DNA from: Candidatus Saccharimonadota bacterium
GTDB taxonomy: Bacteria > Pseudomonadota > Gammaproteobacteria > Enterobacterales > Enterobacteriaceae
Reading direction: 5' to 3'
Assembly (NCBI GenBank): GCA_049942775.1
Contig: CP188087.1
Location: 480,001-512,000 of the forward strand
DNA: 32,000 nucleotides
A program made the position numbers and the translations under genes. The notes below the pieces were generated by a model that saw only the letters and a program-made list of their open reading frames with translations, searched no databases and was not told the DNA's origin. Below are positions 1 to 9,132 of the stretch, piece by piece; within the stretch, counting starts at the first letter, position 1, and each line of letters opens with the position of its first letter.

Positions 1-139
1 TGTCAACTCCTGTACGATTTTCAATCTCTTGATCAGAATCATAAAAATCCATATTTAATTGTTGTGCTAAATAACGACCAATAGTACTTTTACCAGCACC
101 CATAGGTCCAATTAAAAAAATATTTCTTTTTTCTGCCAT
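1..139 (-). CDS. aroK: shikimate kinase I, N-terminal 46 codons only (gene runs off the left edge)
   Basis: Minus-strand translation from ATG at 139-137 gives [46 protein letters not shown]. This is nearly identical to the E. coli AroK N-terminus, including the Walker [10 protein letters not shown]. It is not in the ORF track because it is truncated. Confidence 0.9.
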   Translation of the reverse strand, partial: MAEKRNIFLIGPMGAGKSTIGRYLAQQLNMDFYDSDQEIENRTGVD

Positions 140-603
140 ATATTTGATTATCTAATCCGCGAATGATATCTAGACTAATAAAAATTATTTTTTTTAAACC
201 AGAAAAAAATAAAACCTACAAAAATATTAAATCAATATCTATTAATTTAATTCTTTTATAAAAAACATTTTTTCTTTTAAAAAAAATTTTAAAAGAAATT
301 AAATAAAAAAATTAAATATTTATAAATTTAAAAAAACAATCAATTTATTGTAATATTAACACATTCTTAAAATAGATCTAAAAAAAAAGCATTTTTTTTT
401 AAATTTATTCATTAATCTATTTCTGAATAAAAAATATATATTTTTGTTGAAATATTTTTTATTATTTAAGTATAATACCCTATTAAAAAAAAAAAAATAA
501 AACTAAAACGAAATTTTTTTCTTAGTTATAATAATTTATTTCTTTTTAAACTAACTAAATTCTAATCTTAATTAATTTAATAATTTTCATATTATTTTAA
601 AAA

Positions 604-694
604 GGTGAGGTGTCCGAGAGGATTAAGGAGCACGCCTGGAAAGCGTGTATACGAAAATAAATTCGTATCAAGGGTTCGAATCCCTTTCTCACCG
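604..694 (+). tRNA. tRNA-Ser (anticodon GGA), long variable arm, no encoded CCA
   Basis: GGTGAGGTGTCCGAGAGGATTAAGGAGCACGCCTGGAAAGCGTG...GGTTCGAATCCCTTTCTCACCG. The acceptor stem pairs GGTGAGG with TCTCACC, the anticodon loop is CTGGAAA, and the variable arm has a 6-bp stem (TACGAA/TTCGTA). It closely resembles E. coli serW/serX. It is a G/C island in an AT desert. Confidence 0.93.
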
Positions 695-715
695 AAATAG
701 ATATCAACGTTCTAA

Positions 716-1453
716 TTAGAAATTCAAATGATTATATTTATCATTTAATAAAATTGAATCTAAAGCTAATAAAATTATTTTATCAAAGCTTACAATTCTC
801 TTTAAAGTAGAAATTTTTTTTTTTTTTAAAATATGATCTGAAACTAATAGAATAGAAACAGATTTAATACCTAACAATGAAGACAAACCATATAATCCAG
901 CTGTTTCCATTTCTATTCCTAAAATGTTTCTTTTTTTCATTAAATCTATTCGTTGCTGATCTTTATAAAAATAAAATAAATCAGTACTAAATATATTCCC
1001 TAAAAACAACTTTAAGTTCATTTTTTTTGCAGATCTAACTAAATTTAATACCAAATTAAAGTCTGCTATTGCTGAAAAATCATAATTCTCAAACAACAAT
1101 CTATTAACATTAGAATCTGTGCAAGCTCCTAATCCAATTATTGGATCGAATAAATCTATATCGTTTCTCAGTGCACCGCAAGTTCCTAATCTAATAATTT
1201 TATTAACTTTATAAATATCTACTAATTCCTGAACATAAATCAAACAAGAAGGCAATCCTATTCCGTGTCCTACCACTGATATTTTTTTTTTTTTATAAAT
1301 ACCAGTATATACTAACATAGATCTTACACTGCTTACTAAAACTGAATTTTCTAGGTACCTTTCTGCAATATATTTTACTCTAATTGGATCACCCGACATC
1401 AATACTACATTTGATATACTATCTTTTTTTGCAATTATGTGAGGAGTATTCAT
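716..1453 (-). CDS. deoD: purine nucleoside phosphorylase DeoD-type
   Basis: 245-aa ORF. MNTPHIIAKKDSISNVVLMSGDPIRVKYIAERYLE aligns with E. coli DeoD [35 protein letters not shown], and ISVVGHGIGLPSCLIY with ISVMGHGMGIPSCSIY. It lies next to deoB as in the deo operon. Confidence 0.95.
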   Translation of the reverse strand: MNTPHIIAKKDSISNVVLMSGDPIRVKYIAERYLENSVLVSSVRSMLVYTGIYKKKKISVVGHGIGLPSCLIYVQELVDIYKVNKIIRLGTCGALRNDIDLFDPIIGLGACTDSNVNRLLFENYDFSAIADFNLVLNLVRSAKKMNLKLFLGNIFSTDLFYFYKDQQRIDLMKKRNILGIEMETAGLYGLSSLLGIKSVSILLVSDHILKKKKISTLKRIVSFDKIILLALDSILLNDKYNHLNF

Positions 1454-1510
1454 TTATAATTTTCCAAAATAATAAATAATTTGTATTTTAAAAATTTAAT
1501 TTTAAAAATT

Positions 1511-2737
1511 TTATAATATACTAGTACCATAATCCATTTTAGATATTCCAAAATATTTTGCTATGGTCTGAGAAATATCTGAAAACGTTTTTCTATGCCC
1601 TAAAAATTTATTTCCTATGTTTTGCTTGTAAAATAATATAGGAACATATTCTCGAGTATGATCCGTCCCTTTCCAAGTTGGATCACAACCATGATCTGCT
1701 GTTATTATCAATAAATCATCTTTTTCCAAAATATTTAATATACGTGGTAAATTGTAATCAAAATATTCCAAACCTTTAGCATAACCAGAAACATCTCTTC
1801 TATGTCCCCACAAAGAATCAAAATCTATAAAATTAGCAATAACAATTGAATTATTTTTGCAAGATTTTATAAATCTAATAGTTTCTTTAAAAGATTCTGA
1901 TAAATTGTTAGTAGTCGTTGAATTAGTGATACCTATTCCAGAAAAAATATCTGAGATCTTCCCAATTGCATAAACAGAACCTCCTTTTTCAAGAACTAAT
2001 TTTTCTAGTACTGTCTTTTTATTTATAGTAATTGAAAAATCTTTTCTTTTTTCAGTACGTTTAAAATTTATTGGTTCAGTCCCGATAAACGGACGAGCAA
2101 TTACTCTAGCTACGTTAATTTTATTTTTATCTAAAATAAATCTTATGTTTTTACAAAGATTATAAAGATTATCCAGTCCAAGTACCTGTTCATGACAAGA
2201 TACTTGAAATACAGAATCTGAAGAAGTATAAAAAATAGGTTTTTTTGTTAGTAAATGTTCAACTCCTAACTTCTTTATTATTTCTGTACCTGATGCATGA
2301 CAGTTTCCTAAAAATCCAGACAAATTGTTACTGGTAATAATTTCGTTTAATAATGATTCAGAAAAACTATTGTTTATTTGGTTAAAATAACACCATTCTT
2401 TAAATATAGGAACACCAACAATTTCCCAATGACCAGAAAAAGTATCTTTACCTTTAGAAACAGAAGAAGAATATGCATAACAACCTTTGGTTACATTTGT
2501 TTTTGACATACCAAAAGGATAATTTCCATTAATTTTTTTAAATATTTCACCTATTCCTAAAGACATTAAATTAGGTATTGAAAGAACACCTGATCTTCCA
2601 CCATGATTAGCATGTTCTAAAAAACACATTTTAGCTATATTTCCAAACGTATTTGCTCCATAATCTCCAAATTTATGAGAATCTTCACAAGAACCAATAC
2701 CAAAAGAATCTAGTATAATTAAAAATACTCTTTTCAT
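1511..2737 (-). CDS. deoB: phosphopentomutase
   Basis: 408-aa ORF. MKRVFLIILDSFGIG matches E. coli DeoB MKRAFIMVLDSFGIG. The alkaline-phosphatase-superfamily metal site ITADHGCDPTWKGTDHTREYVP is present. Confidence 0.95.
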   Translation of the reverse strand: MKRVFLIILDSFGIGSCEDSHKFGDYGANTFGNIAKMCFLEHANHGGRSGVLSIPNLMSLGIGEIFKKINGNYPFGMSKTNVTKGCYAYSSSVSKGKDTFSGHWEIVGVPIFKEWCYFNQINNSFSESLLNEIITSNNLSGFLGNCHASGTEIIKKLGVEHLLTKKPIFYTSSDSVFQVSCHEQVLGLDNLYNLCKNIRFILDKNKINVARVIARPFIGTEPINFKRTEKRKDFSITINKKTVLEKLVLEKGGSVYAIGKISDIFSGIGITNSTTTNNLSESFKETIRFIKSCKNNSIVIANFIDFDSLWGHRRDVSGYAKGLEYFDYNLPRILNILEKDDLLIITADHGCDPTWKGTDHTREYVPILFYKQNIGNKFLGHRKTFSDISQTIAKYFGISKMDYGTSIL

Positions 2738-2818
2738 AAAAATTTCCTAATACTATAAATCATTCTTAATTTAAAAAATAATTTTAAAAATTTAAAATTT
2801 TTCTAAAATTTTTAAAAA

Positions 2819-4096
2819 TTATTTCTTAATTTTTTTATTTAAACTAGTCACTACATATATTAAATAGCTTTTATTTTTACATACTAACTGTACAATATTG
2901 TTATTTTTAAAATTAATTTTTTCAGACTATTTTAAAAAATCTATCCTACAACAACTATAATTAATTTTTTAAAAATTATTTCTATTCAATATTCAATTTA
3001 TACTAGGATTGGTATTATCTTAAATTGTAATTTTCAAAATGTTTTTAAAATTATACAATCTATTTTAGATTAGTTTAAAAATTTGTATCTATACTTCTTA
3101 AAACATTTATACTATAAATTCTTTGACAACTATTTTTTTAATTGAATTATTCAAAGAAATAAAAAAAATTTTCTAGAGAAAAATTTAAAATATCTAAAAT
3201 TTTACTTTTTTCCATTAAATAAAAGTATCTTCTATTTTTATAAAACTATAATTTTAAATTCCAATAATATCCCTAAGATATACTATATTTATGACTTTTT
3301 TTTTCATTTCCTAAATAATAAAAACCGTTATTTACAACAAAAAATTTATTAGTCTTAGTCTTCTTTAATTTTATGACTGAAAAGTATATTTCAAATATAA
3401 TTCTCAAAAAAACAATTCGATCTCTATATTTTTAATTCATATTTTTTTATTTTTTTAAAAATAAATCCAGAAAATTTTTTTTTCACTAGTAAATACAATA
3501 CAAAAATTACTTTTTTTAAGAAAAGGATCGTCTTTTATTAAAAAATCAAACATAAAACAAATACCAATCAAATGTAATGTACTACCAAACAAAAAAAGTT
3601 TTTATTCCAAATTAAATTTTATCTAATAAAAAATTATATTAATTCCTTTACTATTTATTTTATCGATAAAAGTTAATATAAAAAACATTATTAAATAATA
3701 TTCCATTAACTTCTTAGTACAAAATTCTACAACTTTTAAAAAATTAACAACTATTAAATCAAAATCTACTATAGTTAAAATTTGATATGTATTTTCATAA
3801 CAATCTTCGTCAACTGGAATATCTAACAAATTTATTACATATTTTCCATAAGAAAATTATATTACTAAGGTACTAATAGTAATACCTTTTTCTTGTTCAA
3901 TTTTCATCCAATTAAATTTTAAATTTCTAACAATTTTTTTTATTCTATTAAAATTGGAACAACGAATTATATTTTCCAATGATAAAAATTTTAAGCAACC
4001 ATTATCTTTCCTAAACTAGGATTAGAAACAATAATAAAAGTTTTTATCTTTTCTATTTTTAAAAAACCGTTTTAATATATTTTTCATATCTCGCAT
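2819..4096 (-). pseudogene. prfC: peptide chain release factor 3 (prfC) pseudogene, colinear but riddled with in-frame stops; all GTPase motifs destroyed
   Basis: Hand translation of the minus strand from ATG 4096 gives four alignable segments. KNFYYCF*S*FRKDNGCLKFLSLENII aligns with E. coli [45 protein letters not shown] aligns with [76 protein letters not shown] aligns with [55 protein letters not shown]. Near 2820-2900, FKNNNIVQLVCKNKSYLIYVVTSLNKK aligns with the C-terminal [28 protein letters not shown]. The 68-aa track ORF 3623..3829 is a fragment of this gene. Confidence 0.85.
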
Positions 4097-4270
4097 ATCT
4101 CGTTTTATTTTAAAAAACAGAATTATGTACTATAATAAAAAAAGTTATCAACAAAAAAGATCAACATTAATTTAAATCAACTAATTCGAAAAACTTGCAT
4201 TGTTTTTTTTTAAAACTATTCAAATTGATCTTATTAATAATTTTAATTTATTGATTTTTTTCAAAATAAT

Positions 4271-4295
4271 AAAAAAAAAAAAAAAAAAAAAAAAA
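4271..4295 (+). repeat. poly(A) homopolymer, about 25 nt, ending about 10 nt upstream of the ansA start codon
   Basis: Uninterrupted A run. The length of 25 is implied by the ORF track (8 Lys codons plus flanks in ORF 4200..4415). My manual count of the printed line gives 25-26. Confidence 0.9.
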
Positions 4296-4305
4296 TGGAA
4301 AAAAT

Positions 4306-5325
4306 ATGAAAAAAAAAAATATATACATAGCATATACAGGAGGTACTATTGGGATGAAAAAATCAAAAAATGGGTATGTTCCTATTTCTGGACATCTTCA
4401 AAAACAAATAGCTGAAATGCCAGAATTTTATTCTTCTGAAATGCCTATTTTTACTATCAAAGAATATCAACCTATTATAGATTCCTCAAATATAACCCCT
4501 AAAGAATGGAAAATAATTGGAAACGACATCAAAAAAAAATATCATAAATATGATGGTTTTATAATATTGCATGGAACAGATACAATGGCTTATACAGCTT
4601 CAGCATTATCATTCATATTAGAAAATTTACAAAAACCAATTATAATAACTGGCTCTCAAATACCTTTATCTGAAATTAGATCAGATGGAAGACAAAACCT
4701 GATAAATGCTTTATTTTTAGTAACTAATTATCCAATAAATGAAGTAACTTTGTTCTTTAATAATAAATTGTATAGAGGAAATAGGACTACTAAAAAAAAT
4801 ACAAACGGATTTGATGCGTTTGATTCTCCAAATCTAGCTCCATTATTAGAAATAGGAATTAATGTTAACTATTCCAAAAAAATTTTACTAAAAAGTAAAA
4901 TAAATGAAAATAAACTAAAAATAAACAAAATTAATTCACAACCAATTGGATTACTTAGGATTTATCCAGGAATTTCTTTTAATATTATAAAATATTTTTT
5001 ATTACAACCAGTAAAAGCAATCATTTTATGTTCTTATGGAAGCGGTAATGTTCCACAAAAAACAGAATTTTTTACAGGACTGAAACAAGCACTAAAACAA
5101 GATATAGTTGTCATTAATTTAACTCAATGTATGCATGGAAAAGTAAATATGAATAAATACGCTACAGGAAGCTATCTATCTGAAATAGGTGTCATCAGTG
5201 GATATGATTTAACAATCGAAGCAGCTTTAGCAAAGTTATATTTTTTATTAAGTCAAAATCTATCTAATAAAATAATAAAAACAAAAATGCAAAAAAATCT
5301 TAGAGGAGAACTTACAAAAAAATAA
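4306..5325 (+). CDS. ansA: cytoplasmic L-asparaginase I
   Basis: 339 aa. MKKKNIYIAYTGGTIGM matches E. coli AnsA MQKKSIYVAYTGGTIGM, and HGTDTMAYTASALSF is identical to E. coli. PINEVTLFFNNKLYRGNRTTK matches PINEVTLFFNNRLYRGNRTTK. The catalytic Thr motifs are intact. Confidence 0.95.
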   Translation: MKKKNIYIAYTGGTIGMKKSKNGYVPISGHLQKQIAEMPEFYSSEMPIFTIKEYQPIIDSSNITPKEWKIIGNDIKKKYHKYDGFIILHGTDTMAYTASALSFILENLQKPIIITGSQIPLSEIRSDGRQNLINALFLVTNYPINEVTLFFNNKLYRGNRTTKKNTNGFDAFDSPNLAPLLEIGINVNYSKKILLKSKINENKLKINKINSQPIGLLRIYPGISFNIIKYFLLQPVKAIILCSYGSGNVPQKTEFFTGLKQALKQDIVVINLTQCMHGKVNMNKYATGSYLSEIGVISGYDLTIEAALAKLYFLLSQNLSNKIIKTKMQKNLRGELTKK

Positions 5326-5402
5326 GAAAAATTATAAATAAATTTTTCTAAAAACAATTCAAATTACTTTATAAATAACTTTTTTAACAAAAATTATTTT
5401 TT

Positions 5403-5981
5403 TTAATTAAAATAAGAGTGATTTCCAGAAATATGATTAGTAACATCTTCTACAGATTTTATTTCAGGAAATGCTAAAATTATTTTCTTTTCAATACCAT
5501 CTTTTAAAGTTAAAGAAACCATAGAACAACCATTACATCCACCAAAAAATTGCACTTTTGCCACTCCATCAGTGCTAATTTCAACTAATGAAACTTTTCC
5601 TCCATGTGACAACAATTGAATATTTATTTCCTGTTCTATAAACTGTTCTAGTTTACGATACAAAGGACTAAATTCACTATTTTCACTCTTTATATTAGGA
5701 GCTTTTAAAGTTAATCTAGTTTCTAATTTATCTTCTAATAAATCAATTTCAGAATCCTTTAAATATTTTAAAAATATAGTTTTAATATAAACAACAAATC
5801 CATTGTAGTAAAAAATTCTAAAATCTTTTCTTTCATTTTTCTTATCCATAAAAAAAGCAACTTTTCCTTCTGCATTAACAGTTCCTGCATTTTCTATAAA
5901 AACTGTAATTTGAGTCCCTTTTTTTTCTGATAATAATAATTTTCTAAAATATTTCTGAGCTTTTATTGAAATATAAATCAT
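5403..5981 (-). CDS. nfuA: Fe/S cluster biogenesis protein NfuA
   Basis: The ORF-track start (5993) is a TTG. The ATG at 5981 gives [16 protein letters not shown], compared with E. coli NfuA MIRISDAAQAHFAKLL. C-terminal Nfu domain: [31 protein letters not shown] compared with [32 protein letters not shown]. Confidence 0.92.
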   Translation of the reverse strand: [192 protein letters not shown]

Positions 5982-6210
5982 AATTTTCGTCAAATATAAA
6001 AAAATATTTTTTATATTAACTTATCAAGTTCTTGTAAATCAAGAAAATATTTTTTATTAATAATTTTTTTTTTTAAAATATCTTAAAAAAATAAAAAAAA
6101 TTTTTTAAAATCTAACCTTTATAAAAAGGTACTATTTTTTTTATTATTAACATAATATCGTTATTATTAAAAATAATAATTTTGTTAGTTTAAAAATTAA
6201 TCAAATTTTA

Positions 6211-6261
6211 AAAAAAAATAGAATAGAAACGTCTATTCTATTTTTTTTTTTTTTTTTTTTT
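6211..6261 (-). terminator. rho-independent (potentially bidirectional) terminator downstream of ssb
   Basis: Perfect 11-bp inverted repeat AATAGAATAGA (6217-6227) / TCTATTCTATT (6232-6242) with loop AACG. It is flanked by an A run on the left and a 21-T run (6241-6261) on the right, so either strand reads hairpin plus U tract. It sits 7 nt after the ssb stop. Confidence 0.65.
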
Positions 6262-6267
6262 GTTTAT

Positions 6268-6795
6268 TTAAAAAGGAATTTCTTCATCAAAATCTAAAGG
6301 ATCTAAAATATTTTTCTCGATTTTTTTATCTTTCAAATCATTAATTGTATTTTCTGATAAAGTATTATCATCTTCTATTTTTTTGTCTTTATTGTTTTTA
6401 ATCTTTTCAAAATTATGAGAAGATGTAGTACTATTATGAGATAAACTTCGACCACCTAACATTTGCATAGTTCCTGACATATTTACAATTATTTCTGTAA
6501 TATATCTCTCAAATCCATTTTGATCCTGCCACTTTCTAGTTTGAAGTGAACCTTCAATATAAACTTGAGAACCCTTCCTAAGATATTCTCCTGCAATTTC
6601 TGCTAATTTCCCAAATAAAACTACTTTATGCCATTCTGTTTTTTCTTTGGATTCACCTGTATTTTTATCTTTCCAAATATCGGAAGTGGCTATATTAATA
6701 TTTGTAACAGCATTACCATTAGACATATAACGTACTTCAGGATCTTGTCCTAAGTTACCCACTAAAATTACTTTGTTAATTCCTCTACTTGCCAT
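6268..6795 (-). CDS. ssb: single-stranded DNA-binding protein
   Basis: [38 protein letters not shown] resembles the E. coli SSB OB fold. The C-terminal acidic tip DFDEEIPF is conserved. A GGAG Shine-Dalgarno lies 9 nt upstream. Confidence 0.96.
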   Translation of the reverse strand: MASRGINKVILVGNLGQDPEVRYMSNGNAVTNINIATSDIWKDKNTGESKEKTEWHKVVLFGKLAEIAGEYLRKGSQVYIEGSLQTRKWQDQNGFERYITEIIVNMSGTMQMLGGRSLSHNSTTSSHNFEKIKNNKDKKIEDDNTLSENTINDLKDKKIEKNILDPLDFDEEIPF

Positions 6796-7266
6796 GATAA
6801 CTTACTCCAAAAAATAAAAATTAAATACCAACTATAAAAAAATCAATAATTTCATTAAAAATTAAAAAAATAATAATTTATTTTAAAAGTTTTATGAACA
6901 ATGTACTTATGTATAATACATTATAATATAAATAGTAAAATATCTCTTAAAAAAAAATCTATGAAAAAAACAAAAATAAAATCTTTAACAAATCTCAAAA
7001 TAACGTTTTTAAAAAATCTACTATCTATTTTTTATAAAAAACTGAAAATAAAAATTTATAAATTTTAATAATATTGTTAAAAAAAAGTTGATTTCGTTAA
7101 ATACTTCTTTTGTAAATTTCTTAATTAAAATAAAATAAATAATAATTAATTTTTAAAAATTAAAAATAGTGAAAAAATCAACATCAAATTATTTAGATAA
7201 TATCTATTTTCATTATTAATATATTTTTTTTAACCTTAAAAACAAAAATTTTGATATTTATCTAAT

Positions 7267-8658
7267 ATGGCAGACAAAAACCTAAAAAAAATAATCGAAA
7301 AAAAATATATAACAAAAATTCCTCCTCATTCTATAGAAGCAGAACAATCAGTATTAGGAGGATTAATGTTAGACAATGATCAATGGGACATAGTGACAGA
7401 AAATATAGTAATAGAAGATTTTTTTAGTAAAGCACATCAAATAATATTTAACGAAATGAAATATTTATTTGACTTAAAACATCCCATTGATCTAATTACT
7501 TTATCTGAATCATTAGAACAGAAAGGAGAATTAGAAAAAGCAGGAGGTTTTGCATATTTAGCTGAATTATCAAAGAACACTCCAAGCACGGCTAACATCG
7601 TCGCTTATACAAATATAATAAGAGAAAGAGCTATAATTAGAGAAATAATTAAAATAAGCAATGAAGTTATCTCCTCTGCTTATCAAACAAAAGGGAAAAA
7701 CAGCGACGAATTATTAGATTATGCTGAATCTAAAATATTTAAAATTACCGAAAAAAGATCAAAAAAAGAATCAGGTCCTAAAAATATCGAAAAAATACTT
7801 GATAGTACCTTATCTAAAATAGAAAAATTATTTTCTAATTCCTATGATGGAATTACTGGAATTAATACAGGATATCATGATCTAAATAAAAAAACTTCTG
7901 GTCTACAGCAGTCTGATCTTATAATCATAGCAGCAAGACCTTCAATGGGAAAAACTACTTTTGCAATGAATTTATGTGAAAATATTTCAATGCTATACGA
8001 TAAACCAGTATTAATTTTTAGTCTTGAAATGCCAAGTGACCAAATCATGATTCGAATGTTATCATCGCTATCTAGAGTTCATCAAACTAAAATAAGAACA
8101 GGACAATTAAACGATGAAGATTGGTCAAGAATTTCAGGAACAATAAATATTTTATTAAAAAAGAAAAATATTTACATTGATGATTCTTCAATTTTAACTC
8201 CAAGTGAAATCCGGTCAAGAGCAAGAAAGATATATCGAGAAAATCATGGTCTCAGCGTAATTATGATCGATTACTTACAATTAATAAAAGTTCCTTATTT
8301 TTCAGATAATAGAACATTAGAAATTGCAGAAATTTCTAGAATGTTAAAATCTTTAGCTAAAGAACTAGAAGTTCCAATAATTGCTTTATCGCAACTAAAT
8401 AGATCACTAGAACAAAGATCTGATAAAAGACCTATTAACTCCGATCTTCGAGAATCCGGATCATTAGAACAAGATGCAGATTTAGTAATTTTTATTTATC
8501 GAGATGAAATATACAATAAAGATAGTGATTTAAAAGGTACAGCAGACATAATAATTGGAAAACAAAGAAATGGACCTACAGGTACAATACGTTTAACATT
8601 CAATGAAAATTGGTCTAGATTTGATAACTATTCTGAAATAAAATATACAGAAGAATAA
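7267..8658 (+). CDS. dnaB: replicative DNA helicase
   Basis: 463 aa. PPHSIEAEQSVLGGLMLDN is present, as are the Walker A AARPSMGKTTFAMN, IIALSQLNRSLEQR and EQDADLVIFIYRDE. Confidence 0.97.
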   Translation: MADKNLKKIIEKKYITKIPPHSIEAEQSVLGGLMLDNDQWDIVTENIVIEDFFSKAHQIIFNEMKYLFDLKHPIDLITLSESLEQKGELEKAGGFAYLAELSKNTPSTANIVAYTNIIRERAIIREIIKISNEVISSAYQTKGKNSDELLDYAESKIFKITEKRSKKESGPKNIEKILDSTLSKIEKLFSNSYDGITGINTGYHDLNKKTSGLQQSDLIIIAARPSMGKTTFAMNLCENISMLYDKPVLIFSLEMPSDQIMIRMLSSLSRVHQTKIRTGQLNDEDWSRISGTINILLKKKNIYIDDSSILTPSEIRSRARKIYRENHGLSVIMIDYLQLIKVPYFSDNRTLEIAEISRMLKSLAKELEVPIIALSQLNRSLEQRSDKRPINSDLRESGSLEQDADLVIFIYRDEIYNKDSDLKGTADIIIGKQRNGPTGTIRLTFNENWSRFDNYSEIKYTEE

Positions 8659-8724
8659 AAATACTTTGAAAAAAAAATGTTTTATATTATAAATATACAA
8701 AAACATAAAATATAAAAAATAAAA

Positions 8725-9129
8725 ATGACTATTTTAGCTTTTGATTTTGGCACTAAAAATATAGGTATAGCTATTGGACAAAAGTTTACATATACTGCAA
8801 GACCGCTAACATCCATTACTTCTCGAAGAGGAGTTCCTAATTGGATTAATTTAAAAAAAATATTTTTAGAATGGAAACCTGTTTGCGTAGTTGTAGGATT
8901 ACCTTTAAACATTGATGGTTCTAAACAAAAAATAACATATCAATCAGAAAAGTTTGCAAAACAGATAAAAAAAAAATTCAATATAAAAGTATACTTACAT
9001 GATGAAAGACTTAGTACGATAGAAGCAAAAAATCTAATTTTTAAAAGAAAAGGATATAAATTTTTAAAAAAAAAATTTATTGACTCTCAATCAGCAGCTA
9101 TAATTTTAGAAAGTTGGTTATCAATATAA
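8725..9129 (+). CDS. ruvX: putative pre-16S rRNA nuclease / Holliday junction resolvase-like YqgF
   Basis: MTILAFDFGTKNIGIAIGQ matches E. coli YqgF LLAFDFGTKSIGVAVGQ, VVGLPLNIDGS matches IVGLPLNMDGT, and HDERLSTIEAK is present. Confidence 0.93.
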   Translation: MTILAFDFGTKNIGIAIGQKFTYTARPLTSITSRRGVPNWINLKKIFLEWKPVCVVVGLPLNIDGSKQKITYQSEKFAKQIKKKFNIKVYLHDERLSTIEAKNLIFKRKGYKFLKKKFIDSQSAAIILESWLSI

Positions 9130-9132
9130 AAA

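Noticed and set aside
3623-3829. 68-aa ORF as an independent small gene
   Set aside because: It is the G3-G4 segment of the prfC pseudogene ([15 protein letters not shown]... = [15 protein letters not shown]...), bounded by in-frame stops.
4200-4415. 71-aa poly-Lys ORF upstream of and overlapping ansA
   Set aside because: It starts at a TTG, is driven by translation of the A25 tract, and overlaps the real ansA frame. It has no homology.
6961-7068. 35-codon ORF (MKKTKIKSLTNLKITFLKNLL...) in the ssb-dnaB spacer, at the position and strand where uvrA sits divergent from ssb in E. coli; NLK..L resembles UvrA THNLKNINL
   Set aside because: Only about 4 matching residues in a Lys/Asn/Ile-rich context. 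This is indistinguishable from compositional noise, and no further UvrA motifs follow.
8682-8912. 76-aa antisense ORF overlapping ruvX. The same class includes 18267-18530 (antisense to rnr), 26691-26942, 27060-27272 (antisense to hslV), 27448-27645 (antisense to hslU), 29295-29501 (antisense to fpr), 30818-31003 and 31658-31843 (overlapping the orphan ORF).
   Set aside because: These are shadow ORFs opposite or overlapping well-supported genes. They have hydrophobic or low-complexity composition typical of antisense A/T-rich frames and no homology.
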